In this document: in pieces, positions 18,405 through 28,161 of the stretch
Layout of the letters: each line of letters begins with the position of its first letter
Numbering within the stretch: the first letter of the stretch is position 1
Virus record (IMG/VR): IMGVR_UViG_3300042890_003920
DNA from: a virus
Lineage: Duplodnaviria; Heunggongvirae; Uroviricota; Caudoviricetes
Length of the DNA: 47,255 nt
Direction: 5' to 3' (one strand)
The notes under the pieces: model-generated
Database searches by the model: none
Told to the model about the DNA's origin: nothing
The model's input: the letters and a program-made list of their open reading frames with translations, nothing else
Made by a program: the position numbers and the translations under genes

Positions 18405-18930
18405 TTTTCCATTTTTTTAATCCGGTTATTGCTAAAATTAAAAACACAAAGTAAGTAATTGATGATAAATATTGTTCTTCATTTAAGAAGAATATTATAA
18501 ATAAAATATCTGCAATTATCCAATAAAACCAAGTATCTATTTTTCTCTTTGCTAAAAGTGTCATTGCGATTAAACTAAATGACGTTGTTATACCATCAAA
18601 ATAAGGTGATTTATCACCAGTCATTATCAGTACACTTGTTATAAGTGTTGTGAGTAAAAAACTAGAAATAACTAATATGTTTCTATCATGTTTTTCTAAC
18701 CATTCGACTTTAGTGTTTTTAATTACATCCCATTTACTCCAACCATATATTGCTTGTATAAAAAAGGGAATTTGGAGAAACATGTTTCCCCAAATATGAT
18801 TTTCGTAAAAGAATATACTATAAAAAGTAACTCCTATTATCGCAGTTGGCCATGTAAGTATATTATTTTTAACTGCAAATACTACAGATAATAAACTAAA
18901 AATGACCGCTATGATCTCTATAATATTCAT
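18388..18930 (-). CDS. pnuC: PnuC-family nicotinamide riboside transporter
   Basis: WPTAIIG, LQIPFFIQAIYGWSKW, PYFDGITTSFSLIA..LLAKRKIDTWFYWIIAD. Confidence 0.9.
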   Translation of the reverse strand: MNIIEIIAVIFSLLSVVFAVKNNILTWPTAIIGVTFYSIFFYENHIWGNMFLQIPFFIQAIYGWSKWDVIKNTKVEWLEKHDRNILVISSFLLTTLITSVLIMTGDKSPYFDGITTSFSLIAMTLLAKRKIDTWFYWIIADILFIIFFLNEEQYLSSITYFVFLILAITGLKKWKIINKL

Positions 18931-20888
18931 TAGAATTTATAATTAAATGTCATATAAAAGTTTGTACCAGCGGTGTAGTAAAAACTTCTAGTCACACCAT
19001 CAGTAGTACCACCGGTTGTCCAATTTTTATCTAATATATTATTTACAAATAATCTAATAGAAGTATCATCACTAAGATTGTAAGAAATACTTGTATCAAC
19101 TAAATGATATTCTGGACAAATAAATGTATTGTTATTGTCTAAGAAAGATTGTGCAACATATTTATAATTGGCACCTACTTCAATTTTACCTAAATTATAA
19201 TTTGTAAATAAGTTAGAGATAAAGTTAGGAGTTAAAACCGGTTCAGACTTGACATTATCTAACCAAACTTTATTTTTAGAAAAATTAAATGATGAACCAA
19301 CTTCTAATTTTTTTAATTTTAATGTTAGATCACCTTCTATCCCTAATCTATAACTTTTATCTGCATTAATTCCTAATGCAATTCCCATAGGATTTAGTTG
19401 TCCAATTGATACAATTTCATTGTTAAAGTACATATAATAACCATTTAATGAACCATTTAATTTTTTAGATATAATTTTAGTACCAACTTCAAGATCTCTA
19501 ACGGTCTCAGGTCTAACATTTGCTATTTGGTCAATTGTTGTTGGATTATCATTCATACCAAATAGATTTGTTCTACTTGGTTCTCTTGAAGACTTACCAA
19601 AACTAATATAAGGTTTAAATAAATCACTTCTTTGATATGAGATACCGAATGAATAGTTATGAAAGTTATATTCAAATAGTTTTCCACCAAGATCTACTGA
19701 GTTATCACTCATATAACTAAATGTATTATTTCTTAGTTGATAATCACCGTTAACAATCCAATCTAATCCTATTTTATAGGAAAATTTAGTAAACAAAGTT
19801 GCGTCTAATTTAGATCCTTTATTTGTATAGTCGATAAAACCTTCGGTTGAACCGATATGTTGTCTATCAAATGTGTTTATTGTGGCACCCGGTTGAATTG
19901 TAAGTCCGTTTTCAGAATGTTTAACATTAAAATAAATTCCCGAATTTTTAGAGTTTAGTTTTAGGTTTTGTATGGTATTCATACCAGGAAAGTCATAATT
20001 ACCATCAATGTGTGTAAAGTAAGTACTCAAATTAAATATTGTTTGTTCAGAGAACTTACCGGCTACTTGTAATTGATAAATTCCATTTGTGAAATCATCA
20101 TATTGAGGTCTCCCACCGTATGTAACTAAAACGTTTGTTGTAACTGGTTCACCTTCTGGAACAGGTAGCCATGCTTGACCATTTTCAGTTTTACCAAATA
20201 CTGCATTAAATCTAACCGATGTTACTTCATTTCTATATCCTAAAGATGTTGAGAAGGATGTACTTCTACCAGATGAAAAGTCTCTAAATCCATCAGTATA
20301 AGTTTCTGATGCTCTAAAAGTTGCACCAAATCCTTTTTTAGTAACACCAGTATTGTATTTAACTGAGGTTCTTCTTGAATTGAAACTACCTACCATAGAA
20401 GTAATCTCACCGGATTTATTATCAAATGGACTTGTTAAATCCATATTTACTAGTCCTACATAAGAACTCGCACCATTTGCAGATACACCAGCCCCCCTGA
20501 TAATTTGAACAGAACGTAAACTATTAAGTAAATCGGTATAATTAGAAGTATAAACGGCTAAGTCCTCACCATCATTTAATGGTACACCATTTAATGTATA
20601 GTTGATACGATTTTGACCCATACCTCTTAAAGTAAAATATGAATATCCAAATGGAGTACCATTATCACTTTGAGCAACTACTGATGGAGTTGTTGAAAAG
20701 AAATAAGGAGTTTCTTGAGCGAAGTAATTTTTTACAGAGTCCATCTGTATTGTTTTTGAAGAACTAGACTCTAATTTAAACCTTGACGCAGTTATTGTAA
20801 CTTCATCTAAAGTTTTAATTGAGTCATTTTGCGAATAAATGGTTGTAGTAAATAGTACTACAATAGCCATTAAAAGTCTTTTTATCAT
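18930..20888 (-). CDS. TonB-dependent outer-membrane receptor (similar to the Bacteroidota thiamine-type TBDRs that accompany Pnu genes)
   Basis: Signal peptide IYS|Q, TonB box TLDEVTITA, plug LRGMGQNRINYTLNGVPLND...VQIIRGAG, C-terminal NYKF. Confidence 0.9.
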   Translation of the reverse strand: MIKRLLMAIVVLFTTTIYSQNDSIKTLDEVTITASRFKLESSSSKTIQMDSVKNYFAQETPYFFSTTPSVVAQSDNGTPFGYSYFTLRGMGQNRINYTLNGVPLNDGEDLAVYTSNYTDLLNSLRSVQIIRGAGVSANGASSYVGLVNMDLTSPFDNKSGEITSMVGSFNSRRTSVKYNTGVTKKGFGATFRASETYTDGFRDFSSGRSTSFSTSLGYRNEVTSVRFNAVFGKTENGQAWLPVPEGEPVTTNVLVTYGGRPQYDDFTNGIYQLQVAGKFSEQTIFNLSTYFTHIDGNYDFPGMNTIQNLKLNSKNSGIYFNVKHSENGLTIQPGATINTFDRQHIGSTEGFIDYTNKGSKLDATLFTKFSYKIGLDWIVNGDYQLRNNTFSYMSDNSVDLGGKLFEYNFHNYSFGISYQRSDLFKPYISFGKSSREPSRTNLFGMNDNPTTIDQIANVRPETVRDLEVGTKIISKKLNGSLNGYYMYFNNEIVSIGQLNPMGIALGINADKSYRLGIEGDLTLKLKKLEVGSSFNFSKNKVWLDNVKSEPVLTPNFISNLFTNYNLGKIEVGANYKYVAQSFLDNNNTFICPEYHLVDTSISYNLSDDTSIRLFVNNILDKNWTTGGTTDGVTRSFYYTAGTNFYMTFNYKF

Positions 20889-20910
20889 ATAAATAGTTTT
20901 AATTTAGGAA

Positions 20911-20918
20911 CAAAGATA
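20911..20918 (-). promoter_or_regulatory. Bacteroidota -7 element TATCTTTG for the TBDR-pnuC(-nadR) operon
   Basis: TAnnTTTG 23 nt upstream of the ATG. Confidence 0.7.
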
Positions 20919-20988
20919 GTAAAAATATATTATTACTAATAATCATTATTAAAAAATAATATATAGTTTATAAAAATAATTTAAAAAT

Positions 20989-22335
20989 ATGGCAGTAAAA
21001 TACAGAAAAGATAGTGAAGCAAGACTATCAGTTTCAGAACTGGATGGAAATTTTCAATATATTGAAGATGAGTTAGGAAATTTAAGTTCAGACATTTCTC
21101 AATTAGAAGTTATTGTTGAAAGTTTAGATCTTGCAGGTTTAACTGCATCAGTTCTTGGTTTAGAAGGTGATGTTGCAGGTTTAACTTTGGATGTTGCCAG
21201 TGCAACTGCATCAATTGCTATTTTAAACACAAACTTGGCATCGGTTACTGCATCGATTACTACTTTAACTACTTTAGATGTATTAAAAGAATTTAAACCA
21301 GGATCAGTTGGTGAGAAAGTATCATTTACAAAAGTGTCAGGCACTAATCCTGCTACTAACAAAGATGTTATTATTCCTGGTGAATTAGAAATTACTCGTG
21401 GTGCTACTAGTGGTGGCGGTATTTATAATATTGCTGTAGAAAATAATTTTAACTCTTCTGTATCTCCAGAGAATACATTTTGGAATACTCAGTATGTAGA
21501 TAATGTAAATACCAGTTGGGCTCCATTATGGGATATAGAAAATAGAACATATACAAATTGGAGAAATGCTGGTGATGGAGTAGATGATTATGTAATACCA
21601 CAATATGTAGGAATGCCTACAATCATGAAGTATGATGATGGTGATACCACTATTCGTTATTGGTTGATCATGTTTACCGAATGGGGAGTTGGTGATTATG
21701 ATGAATATGGTTTTGCATATGATCGTTATGAAATATTCCCATCAGTATATTTTGAAAAAGAAAATTATGATGATGATGCGGTAGATATAATTTCAGAAGG
21801 TGTTCACATAAAAAGAGACAATCAGGGAGGACTGTATAACGCGGTAACTGATCCAGATGAAGCTACGGGTGCGTCACCTAGAAATACAAAATGGAACAGC
21901 TCTTATATAGATTCAAGACCTGGTTATTCAGGATGGGATGATCTTAGTAATTTAGAGTCAAGAGTTTATACAAGTTTTGTAGATGCACTAGATGGAAGTG
22001 TAGGTAATAATATCAATACAGACCTTGTTATGTGGGACATGACCACAGACTTGTATTATAAAATTGATTTTGATTCTTGGACTCAAGGTAACGGTGGTAA
22101 CAGTAATGGTGGTGGATTCGCTTATTACAGAACTGTAATTCCTCAATCTAATGGTATTAAGTTTGCAGATGGTACTGTTATGAATACCGCACCAGAAAAT
22201 GGAGTAACCGGAGATTTTAACTTAGTATTTTTCAATACTAGCGAAAAAGGCGGTTCTCTTTCAGCAGGAACATTTAGTTTTACTAATGGTATTTTAACAT
22301 CCTATAGTAATATTGTACCTATAGATTTCGGATAG
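20989..22335 (+). CDS. Fibre-like virion protein: anchor motif, coiled coil, tandem-duplicated beta domain
   Basis: RKDSEARLSVSELDGNFQYIE; heptads; two copies of F.K...D.I...V.I.R...GG.YN...SP.NT.WN..Y...W...GFAY.R. Confidence 0.7.
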   Translation: MAVKYRKDSEARLSVSELDGNFQYIEDELGNLSSDISQLEVIVESLDLAGLTASVLGLEGDVAGLTLDVASATASIAILNTNLASVTASITTLTTLDVLKEFKPGSVGEKVSFTKVSGTNPATNKDVIIPGELEITRGATSGGGIYNIAVENNFNSSVSPENTFWNTQYVDNVNTSWAPLWDIENRTYTNWRNAGDGVDDYVIPQYVGMPTIMKYDDGDTTIRYWLIMFTEWGVGDYDEYGFAYDRYEIFPSVYFEKENYDDDAVDIISEGVHIKRDNQGGLYNAVTDPDEATGASPRNTKWNSSYIDSRPGYSGWDDLSNLESRVYTSFVDALDGSVGNNINTDLVMWDMTTDLYYKIDFDSWTQGNGGNSNGGGFAYYRTVIPQSNGIKFADGTVMNTAPENGVTGDFNLVFFNTSEKGGSLSAGTFSFTNGILTSYSNIVPIDFG

Positions 22336-22417
22336 TTGTTCATTTTTCGGTTTGATGAATCAGTCAAAAAGTGATACTGATTTTACAGAGATAGGGTGGG
22401 TAAAAGTACATACAAAC

Positions 22418-22445
22418 AAAAAGAGACTGAAAAGTCTCTTTTTTT
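22418..22445. terminator. Bidirectional intrinsic terminator
   Basis: AAAAAGAGACT-GAAA-AGTCTCTTTTT. Confidence 0.85.
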
Positions 22446-22848
22446 ATTTGTAACCAAAGTCTGCTTCATTCTCACCCCATTTATCAGTTTCCCATTTATG
22501 AACTAACTTAAAATAACCAGGTAGTTTTGATAAGTGTACTTCTGCTCTGTTCATTAAATTTATTGAACGTTCTGTTCTAACATTAGAAACTAATGTTGAT
22601 TTTGATTTCTTATTTCTAACCCAAGCAATTGCAGTTTGACTGTCTGAATAAACATGTGTATATCCATTTTTAATTGCATAATCTAAAGCGTGAACCAATC
22701 CAATAAACTCTGCAATGTTATTAGTTGAATCTCCAATATTGACATTGAAAAGTTCTTTTCCAGTTGCCAAATCTACTGCTTTGTACCCGGCAGGTCCTGG
22801 ATTACCTCGACTAGATCCATCTACACAAATTCCTGATGTTGGTTTCAT
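22444..22848 (-). CDS. rnhA: Ribonuclease HI (Bacteroidota/B. halodurans-like catalytic domain)
   Basis: VDGSSRGNPG, TNNIAEF, YSDSQTAIAWV, KWETDKWGENEADFGYK. Confidence 0.85.
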   Translation of the reverse strand: MKPTSGICVDGSSRGNPGPAGYKAVDLATGKELFNVNIGDSTNNIAEFIGLVHALDYAIKNGYTHVYSDSQTAIAWVRNKKSKSTLVSNVRTERSINLMNRAEVHLSKLPGYFKLVHKWETDKWGENEADFGYK

Positions 22849-22849
22849 A

Positions 22850-23209
22850 TTATTCTTCTGTTTTTAAAACTTCTTCAAGTTTCTTGTCTCTTATATATTC
22901 TAAAGTTGCTTCTTTAAATCTTGTTTCTGTAAACTCATATGGCTCTGCATGTGAAACCGAATCCCAATAAGGAGAGTCCCAAGAAGAGTATGAACCTTCT
23001 AAAAGAACATACATATTACACTCAATAAAGTGTAAAGCAATTGTCCATTCATTTCCATCACCATAGTGTTGGTCATAAACCGTAGGAGCTTCTTTATAAA
23101 CTTCCGTATTATATTTACCTTCTACTTCTCCGTTATAAATTTCATAGAAAAAGTTTGTATCATTTGCTTTAACCTTTTCAATAATTTGTTCTCTTGTAAA
23201 AATTCCCAT
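22850..23209 (-). CDS. Hypothetical phage protein with RDKKLEEVL motif
   Basis: ORF track. Confidence 0.75.
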   Translation of the reverse strand: MGIFTREQIIEKVKANDTNFFYEIYNGEVEGKYNTEVYKEAPTVYDQHYGDGNEWTIALHFIECNMYVLLEGSYSSWDSPYWDSVSHAEPYEFTETRFKEATLEYIRDKKLEEVLKTEE

Positions 23210-23213
23210 TGTT

Positions 23214-23927
23214 TTAATCTTTTATTGTTTTATATTGTTCGTAAAATTTTGAGTTTGTTGCGTTCCAGTAATAATCATTCCAATGTTCGATAATAAAATC
23301 TGCTAACCAAACTGGATGTAATCTGGTTACTAGATTTTGTTGAGCCATATTATAAGCCGCTCTTGTTGGTAAATGTCCTAATCTTTCCATTGCAATTACA
23401 AATGCTTCTTCATAAAGAACTTCTTTTCTTTCATCTTCTGTTAAATCATAGAACTTTTCTGGACTTGGATTTAGATCATTGACAATCATTTTCAGATAAG
23501 TTGGTACAGGATTTAACATCTTATGTAAATCATCGTGATTTACTTTTCTCTTAACTCTATCATCAAAGAACTTACCTGGTTTAACTTCAAAGTCTGTTCT
23601 ATGTTGTTCTCCGTGTACACTTATCCAATATTCTCTTAATTGTGTAAGAAAAGATGGTATTACTTTACAACCTTTCATTTGTAGAAATCTAATGTCAGAC
23701 ATGGTTTTCTTCCAATTGATGTCATAAATTGCGTGACTTACTTTTAATGTGTAAATCTCGTCTGCAGTCATTTCTCTATCAGGTGTATTTGGAATAAAAT
23801 AGTATTCCTCTTTTCCAACAATAGATTTTTTTAATTTAGTTATATCATTGGTAACCCAATCAATATCTTTAGGTTCTCTAAAGTCACTAAATAGTTTTTT
23901 GATAAGGTGTGATCCAAATAAGTACAT
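23214..23927 (-). CDS. Phage protein with a nucleotidyltransferase-like N-terminus
   Basis: LFGS...REPKDIDW (GS...DxD); YTLKVSH. Confidence 0.55.
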   Translation of the reverse strand: MYLFGSHLIKKLFSDFREPKDIDWVTNDITKLKKSIVGKEEYYFIPNTPDREMTADEIYTLKVSHAIYDINWKKTMSDIRFLQMKGCKVIPSFLTQLREYWISVHGEQHRTDFEVKPGKFFDDRVKRKVNHDDLHKMLNPVPTYLKMIVNDLNPSPEKFYDLTEDERKEVLYEEAFVIAMERLGHLPTRAAYNMAQQNLVTRLHPVWLADFIIEHWNDYYWNATNSKFYEQYKTIKD

Positions 23928-24298
23928 TATCTAAATAAATTAATAGTTAAAGGTGATGCAGGTATATAACCTGTTCTAATTTGTTCACAAGCTAAAAAGT
24001 ATAACTCTGTTAAAACTTCTTTAGGTTGTTTATTACTTAACTCATTAATAAATCTAACAAATTCATTATAAGGAAGTAATAATTTCTTTATTCTTTTTCT
24101 ATCAAAAAAAGTTAGAATTGTGATAATCATTTCATATCTCACTAATTGATCACTTACTTTTAGTAAATATGATATTCTATCATCTGATGAATTTTCCATA
24201 ATGTGTTTAGTTTCATCAAATGAAATATCACCACTGTTGAAGTTTTTATTCAATAGTGTAATCATTTCTAATTCTTTTATTTGATTTTTGTTTAACAT
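23927..24298 (-). CDS. Hypothetical protein
   Basis: ORF track; translational coupling on both sides. Confidence 0.7.
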   Translation of the reverse strand: MLNKNQIKELEMITLLNKNFNSGDISFDETKHIMENSSDDRISYLLKVSDQLVRYEMIITILTFFDRKRIKKLLLPYNEFVRFINELSNKQPKEVLTELYFLACEQIRTGYIPASPLTINLFR

Positions 24299-24582
24299 TA
24301 TATTTTACCTAAGATTGTTTGCTTCATTTCTCTAACTTCATCTTTGGTAAAACCATTGATTGTTAGACTGTCATTACCAGTTGTTTCAATTGTAATTGTT
24401 GAAAATCCGATTAGTGGACTATCAATATTTACTGATGCAATTTTAGAAAAAGGAATAGTTTTCTCTTTATTGCTAAATAATCCTGGCTCTGTGATTGTAA
24501 CAGAGTTATCAGTGATTGTAATTTTGTGAGGAAATACCTTACTTACTCCTGCAGCTAGTTTAGACGCTTGATATACTTTCAT
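24298..24582 (-). CDS. Bacterial PH-domain protein
   Basis: ITITD..V......GLFS..EKTIPFSKIASV.I.S.LIGFSTITIET. Confidence 0.7.
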   Translation of the reverse strand: MKVYQASKLAAGVSKVFPHKITITDNSVTITEPGLFSNKEKTIPFSKIASVNIDSPLIGFSTITIETTGNDSLTINGFTKDEVREMKQTILGKI

Positions 24583-24613
24583 ATTTAGTTATTTTATTTC
24601 TACAAAGATACGA

Positions 24614-26071
24614 TTATTTTTCTAATTTCAAAATTTCTGAACTATTTTTTCTAAGTTCTTCACACAATTCCTTATTATCATTTAACGATTGTCCGTAAGA
24701 AGGAATCATTTCCTTTAATTTTTCTGTCCAATCTTCATTATTAAAACATTTTTCAATCAAGTTTAACATAATAGATGTTGCAGTTGATGCACCAGGAGAA
24801 GCCCCTAATAAACCAGCTATTGAACCATCTGTTGATGTAATAACTTCTGTACCAAATTCTAATATACCTTTTCCTTCACCATCTTTTTTAATAACTTGAA
24901 CTCTTTGTCCTGCAGTCTCTAAAACCCAGTCTTTTGATTTTGCAGTTGGAACATATTCTCTTAAAGCATTCATTCTATCGTCTCCAGATTGACGAACTTG
25001 GTCAATTAGATACTTTGTTAGTGGAATGTTTTTTAAGCCAGCACCGATCATTGGAATGATGTTATTCAATCTAATTGATGTAAATAAGTCCCAATAAGAA
25101 CCGTTTTTAAGAAATTTTGTTGAAAATCCTGCATAAGGTCCAAACAATAACTCTTTTTTACCATTTATCATACGACTATCTATATGAGGAACAGACATCG
25201 GTGGAGCACCAACACCTGCTTTACCATATACTTTAGCATTATGTTTTTCGATAACTTCTCTATTAGTACAACGCAACCATTGACCACTAACTGGAAATCC
25301 ACCATAACCTTCAATCTCTGGAATACCAGATTTCTCTAATAAAGGAAGTGAACCACCACCCGCGCCGATAAATACAAAGTCAGATGTTATTTTTCGTTTT
25401 TCATTTGTGGATAAATCTTGGACTTTAATGATCCATTTACCTTCTTTATTTTTTAATTTTTTTACTTCGTGATTAAAATGTAGTTCTACACCATCTTGTG
25501 ATTTAAGATAATCAAACATACTTCTTGTTAAATTACCAAAATTTACATCAGTACCGATTTCATTTTTAGTTGCAGCAACTTTTTGATTTTCTTTACGACC
25601 TTCCATAACCAACGGAACCCAAGATTTGATTGTATCAAAATCTTCTGAAAATTCCATATCCTGAAATAAGATATTTGGTTTTAATGTATTATATCTTGTT
25701 TTTAAATAATTTACATTATCTTGTCCCCATACAAAACTCATATGTGGACTTTGTTTAATAAAAAATTCTGGTTTAACAATTAGGTTATTCTTAACTAAGT
25801 AAGACCAAAATTGTTTAGATACTTCATATTGTTCTGCAATTTGAATAGCTTTATCTGGATTTATTGAACCATCTGAATTTTGTGGTGTATAGTTTAATTC
25901 ACAAAATGCAGAGTGACCAGTACCTGCATTATTCCAAGCATCAGAGCTTTCTGCTGCTGCGGAATCTAATCTCTCAAAGATTTGAATAGTTAAATCAGGA
26001 TTTAATTGTTTAAGGATTGTTCCTAAGGTGGCACTCATAATTCCTGCCCCAATAAGTGTTATATTTTTCAT
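24614..26071 (-). CDS. mqo: Malate:quinone oxidoreductase
   Basis: LIGAGIMSATLG, ESSDAWNNAGTGHSAFCELNYTP, VYGKAGVGAPPMSVPHIDSR, LLGASPGASTA. Confidence 0.97.
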   Translation of the reverse strand: MKNITLIGAGIMSATLGTILKQLNPDLTIQIFERLDSAAAESSDAWNNAGTGHSAFCELNYTPQNSDGSINPDKAIQIAEQYEVSKQFWSYLVKNNLIVKPEFFIKQSPHMSFVWGQDNVNYLKTRYNTLKPNILFQDMEFSEDFDTIKSWVPLVMEGRKENQKVAATKNEIGTDVNFGNLTRSMFDYLKSQDGVELHFNHEVKKLKNKEGKWIIKVQDLSTNEKRKITSDFVFIGAGGGSLPLLEKSGIPEIEGYGGFPVSGQWLRCTNREVIEKHNAKVYGKAGVGAPPMSVPHIDSRMINGKKELLFGPYAGFSTKFLKNGSYWDLFTSIRLNNIIPMIGAGLKNIPLTKYLIDQVRQSGDDRMNALREYVPTAKSKDWVLETAGQRVQVIKKDGEGKGILEFGTEVITSTDGSIAGLLGASPGASTATSIMLNLIEKCFNNEDWTEKLKEMIPSYGQSLNDNKELCEELRKNSSEILKLEK

Positions 26072-26182
26072 ATCTATTATATAAAATTATAGTACAAAGA
26101 TACAAAATAAATTATTTAAAAATATGTAATTTATTATATAAATACCATTTTAATTTTATATCTTTACTAAAATTATTTACAA

Positions 26183-26671
26183 ATGACACAAAAACAAATT
26201 TTCTTAAAAAATATAGTAGATTCAACTATGAGTATTGGTTTAGATCACTCAGTTAGTTTTGAAAAACTTGAATCATTTCATTTTAATAATAAAGCGATAA
26301 ATGAAAAGTCTGTTAAGTTTGAATATGTCTTAAAAAATTCGGAGACAAAGTATTTTTTTATAGTTACTTTATATAAGGTAAGTAAAAAGGGTTTTTTCGG
26401 ATCAGATAAAAGTCAATTTTATTTAAGAATCGATACAAGAATAACTACACAATTTTCATTCTCTAATGTAGGTACAGACTTCATTACTAATGAAACAGGT
26501 GATGTTGATTTATTAAAAAGAATGTTTAATTTTTTAAATGATCGAATTGAAGAGAAACGAATTAAGAAAGAGGAAGATTCATATTTAGTAAAAAATAACG
26601 AACTGGTTAAATTTATAGATAAAAGTTTAACTCGTGATGAGAAGTTAAAAGATTTACTACAAGATAAATAA
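26183..26671 (+). CDS. Hypothetical protein with RDEKLKDLL motif
   Basis: ORF track. Confidence 0.75.
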   Translation: MTQKQIFLKNIVDSTMSIGLDHSVSFEKLESFHFNNKAINEKSVKFEYVLKNSETKYFFIVTLYKVSKKGFFGSDKSQFYLRIDTRITTQFSFSNVGTDFITNETGDVDLLKRMFNFLNDRIEEKRIKKEEDSYLVKNNELVKFIDKSLTRDEKLKDLLQDK

Positions 26672-26702
26672 AAACTTATCTCACAAAAGTCATATAACTA
26701 CT

Positions 26703-26939
26703 ATGAAAACAATAGTAATTTTAATAGGTATTGCAGTGCTTATAATAACAGTAGTATTATGGGTTACAGGAATTGATTATATGAAAGAAAATCATCCAGA
26801 CTATAAAGGAGAAGATTTATTTGGAGAAGAAGAAAAAGAAATTCATCTTGAAGATGTTTTTAATGAAAAGAAAAAAGAAGAACTTAAAAAGTTTATTTCA
26901 GAACATAAAAAAAACATTGAAAATGATGAAGATAAATAA
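26703..26939 (+). CDS. Small single-TM protein
   Basis: Hydrophobic N-terminus followed by acidic tail YKGEDLFGEE. Confidence 0.7.
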   Translation: MKTIVILIGIAVLIITVVLWVTGIDYMKENHPDYKGEDLFGEEEKEIHLEDVFNEKKKEELKKFISEHKKNIENDEDK

Positions 26940-27378
26940 AATACTAATTATATTCCTACTTGGAATAATGACAACCTTTGCACAAACTACAAAGGTTATG
27001 GGAACAACTCTTACCTATGACAAAAAAACTAAAACAATGTTATTATCTATGTCAGATACTACATTTTTAGTTGATGATAATTCTGATTTAGATACAGAAG
27101 TAAAAATTGTCAGAGAGTATGATTTAACAATGAAAATAAATGGTGTTGAATATTCTATGACAGAACCTTATTTCTTGACATGTGGATATAGACATGATAT
27201 GTTTTGGGCTTTTACAACTGAAAGACCAGCGAATTGTAAAAGTATATCTAAAGATGGTATTAATTATCTTTATAAATTCTCAAACGTTCAACCTGGTGAA
27301 TATATACTTATAGTTACAAGAAGATGTGATGAAAAATATGTGGTTAAAAAATTATCAGGATCAATTATTGTAAGATAG
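26923..27378 (+). CDS. Exported beta-sandwich-like hypothetical protein (TTFA|Q)
   Basis: Start reset to MMKINKIL at 26923; signal peptide. Confidence 0.7.
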   Translation: MMKINKILIIFLLGIMTTFAQTTKVMGTTLTYDKKTKTMLLSMSDTTFLVDDNSDLDTEVKIVREYDLTMKINGVEYSMTEPYFLTCGYRHDMFWAFTTERPANCKSISKDGINYLYKFSNVQPGEYILIVTRRCDEKYVVKKLSGSIIVR

Positions 27379-27379
27379 T

Positions 27380-27778
27380 ATGGAAAATAAAAAACCTGAT
27401 TCAATTGTTTGGACTAAAGAAAATGGATATGATGCTAAATTTAGACCATATCCAACAAGTGTTAGTGCACCATCTTTTGATTTACCAGATATACCAAAGA
27501 TAAAAAATATTGCTGCTAAAAAGATGTATGATGTTTTTGATAGAGAACGATTAGAACTTTTAGAAAAAGCAGAAAAATTATATGAAGAATATAATATGTC
27601 TATAATGGTTTGGGAATCTAAGATTTCTTTTGAACCAATTATAGGTGGTAAGTATCATTTATATGATTTTAATGGAGAAAGAACCTTATCACTAATTGCA
27701 CCGGATGAGTGGAATAAAGGTGAATATTTTATAGGTACTTTTGTCTTGAATCATGACAATAAATGGATCAAAAAATAG
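27380..27778 (+). CDS. DUF2452-like protein (Bacteroidota family)
   Basis: YPTSVSAPSF, SFEPIIGGKYHLY, LSLIAPDEW, GTFVLNHDNKW. Confidence 0.7.
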   Translation: MENKKPDSIVWTKENGYDAKFRPYPTSVSAPSFDLPDIPKIKNIAAKKMYDVFDRERLELLEKAEKLYEEYNMSIMVWESKISFEPIIGGKYHLYDFNGERTLSLIAPDEWNKGEYFIGTFVLNHDNKWIKK

Positions 27779-27783
27779 ATTTT

Positions 27784-28161
27784 TTATAAAATATTTCTTT
27801 CTATCAAAAGTGCTTCCATTTTAACCCAGTCTATATAAGGATTTGCCGAATAACTCCAATTATGAATTAAAGGACAACCAATTGCGGTATCATCTATAAT
27901 TAAATCTGCATGTGATTTAGGAGAGTTAGTCCAAGATCTCTGAGTTGGATTACTATTTATTCCATAAAGTGGAATATCATTTTCTTTAAACCAAGTAACT
28001 GCTTCTAAAAGATGTGAATTTTCACCTCTCATTGTAAATAAAATTAGTTGATGTCCTTTTTCAACCAATTTTTTTAATACAGGTACTGCACCTATATCTT
28101 TCCCAACTAGTGGGTAAGTGTGAGTTACGACAGATCCGTCAAAATCGATGTTTATGGTCAT
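27784..28161 (-). CDS. HAD-superfamily hydrolase-like (BT0820-type)
   Basis: IDFDGSVV, LILFTMR, K..ADLIIDD. Confidence 0.8.
   Translation of the reverse strand: MTINIDFDGSVVTHTYPLVGKDIGAVPVLKKLVEKGHQLILFTMRGENSHLLEAVTWFKENDIPLYGINSNPTQRSWTNSPKSHADLIIDDTAIGCPLIHNWSYSANPYIDWVKMEALLIERNIL

Noticed and set aside
20889-20988. TPP riboswitch before the thiamine-type TBDR
   Set aside because: Only 100 nt of very AT-rich DNA holding two divergent promoters; no GGG...CTGAGA or other TPP core.
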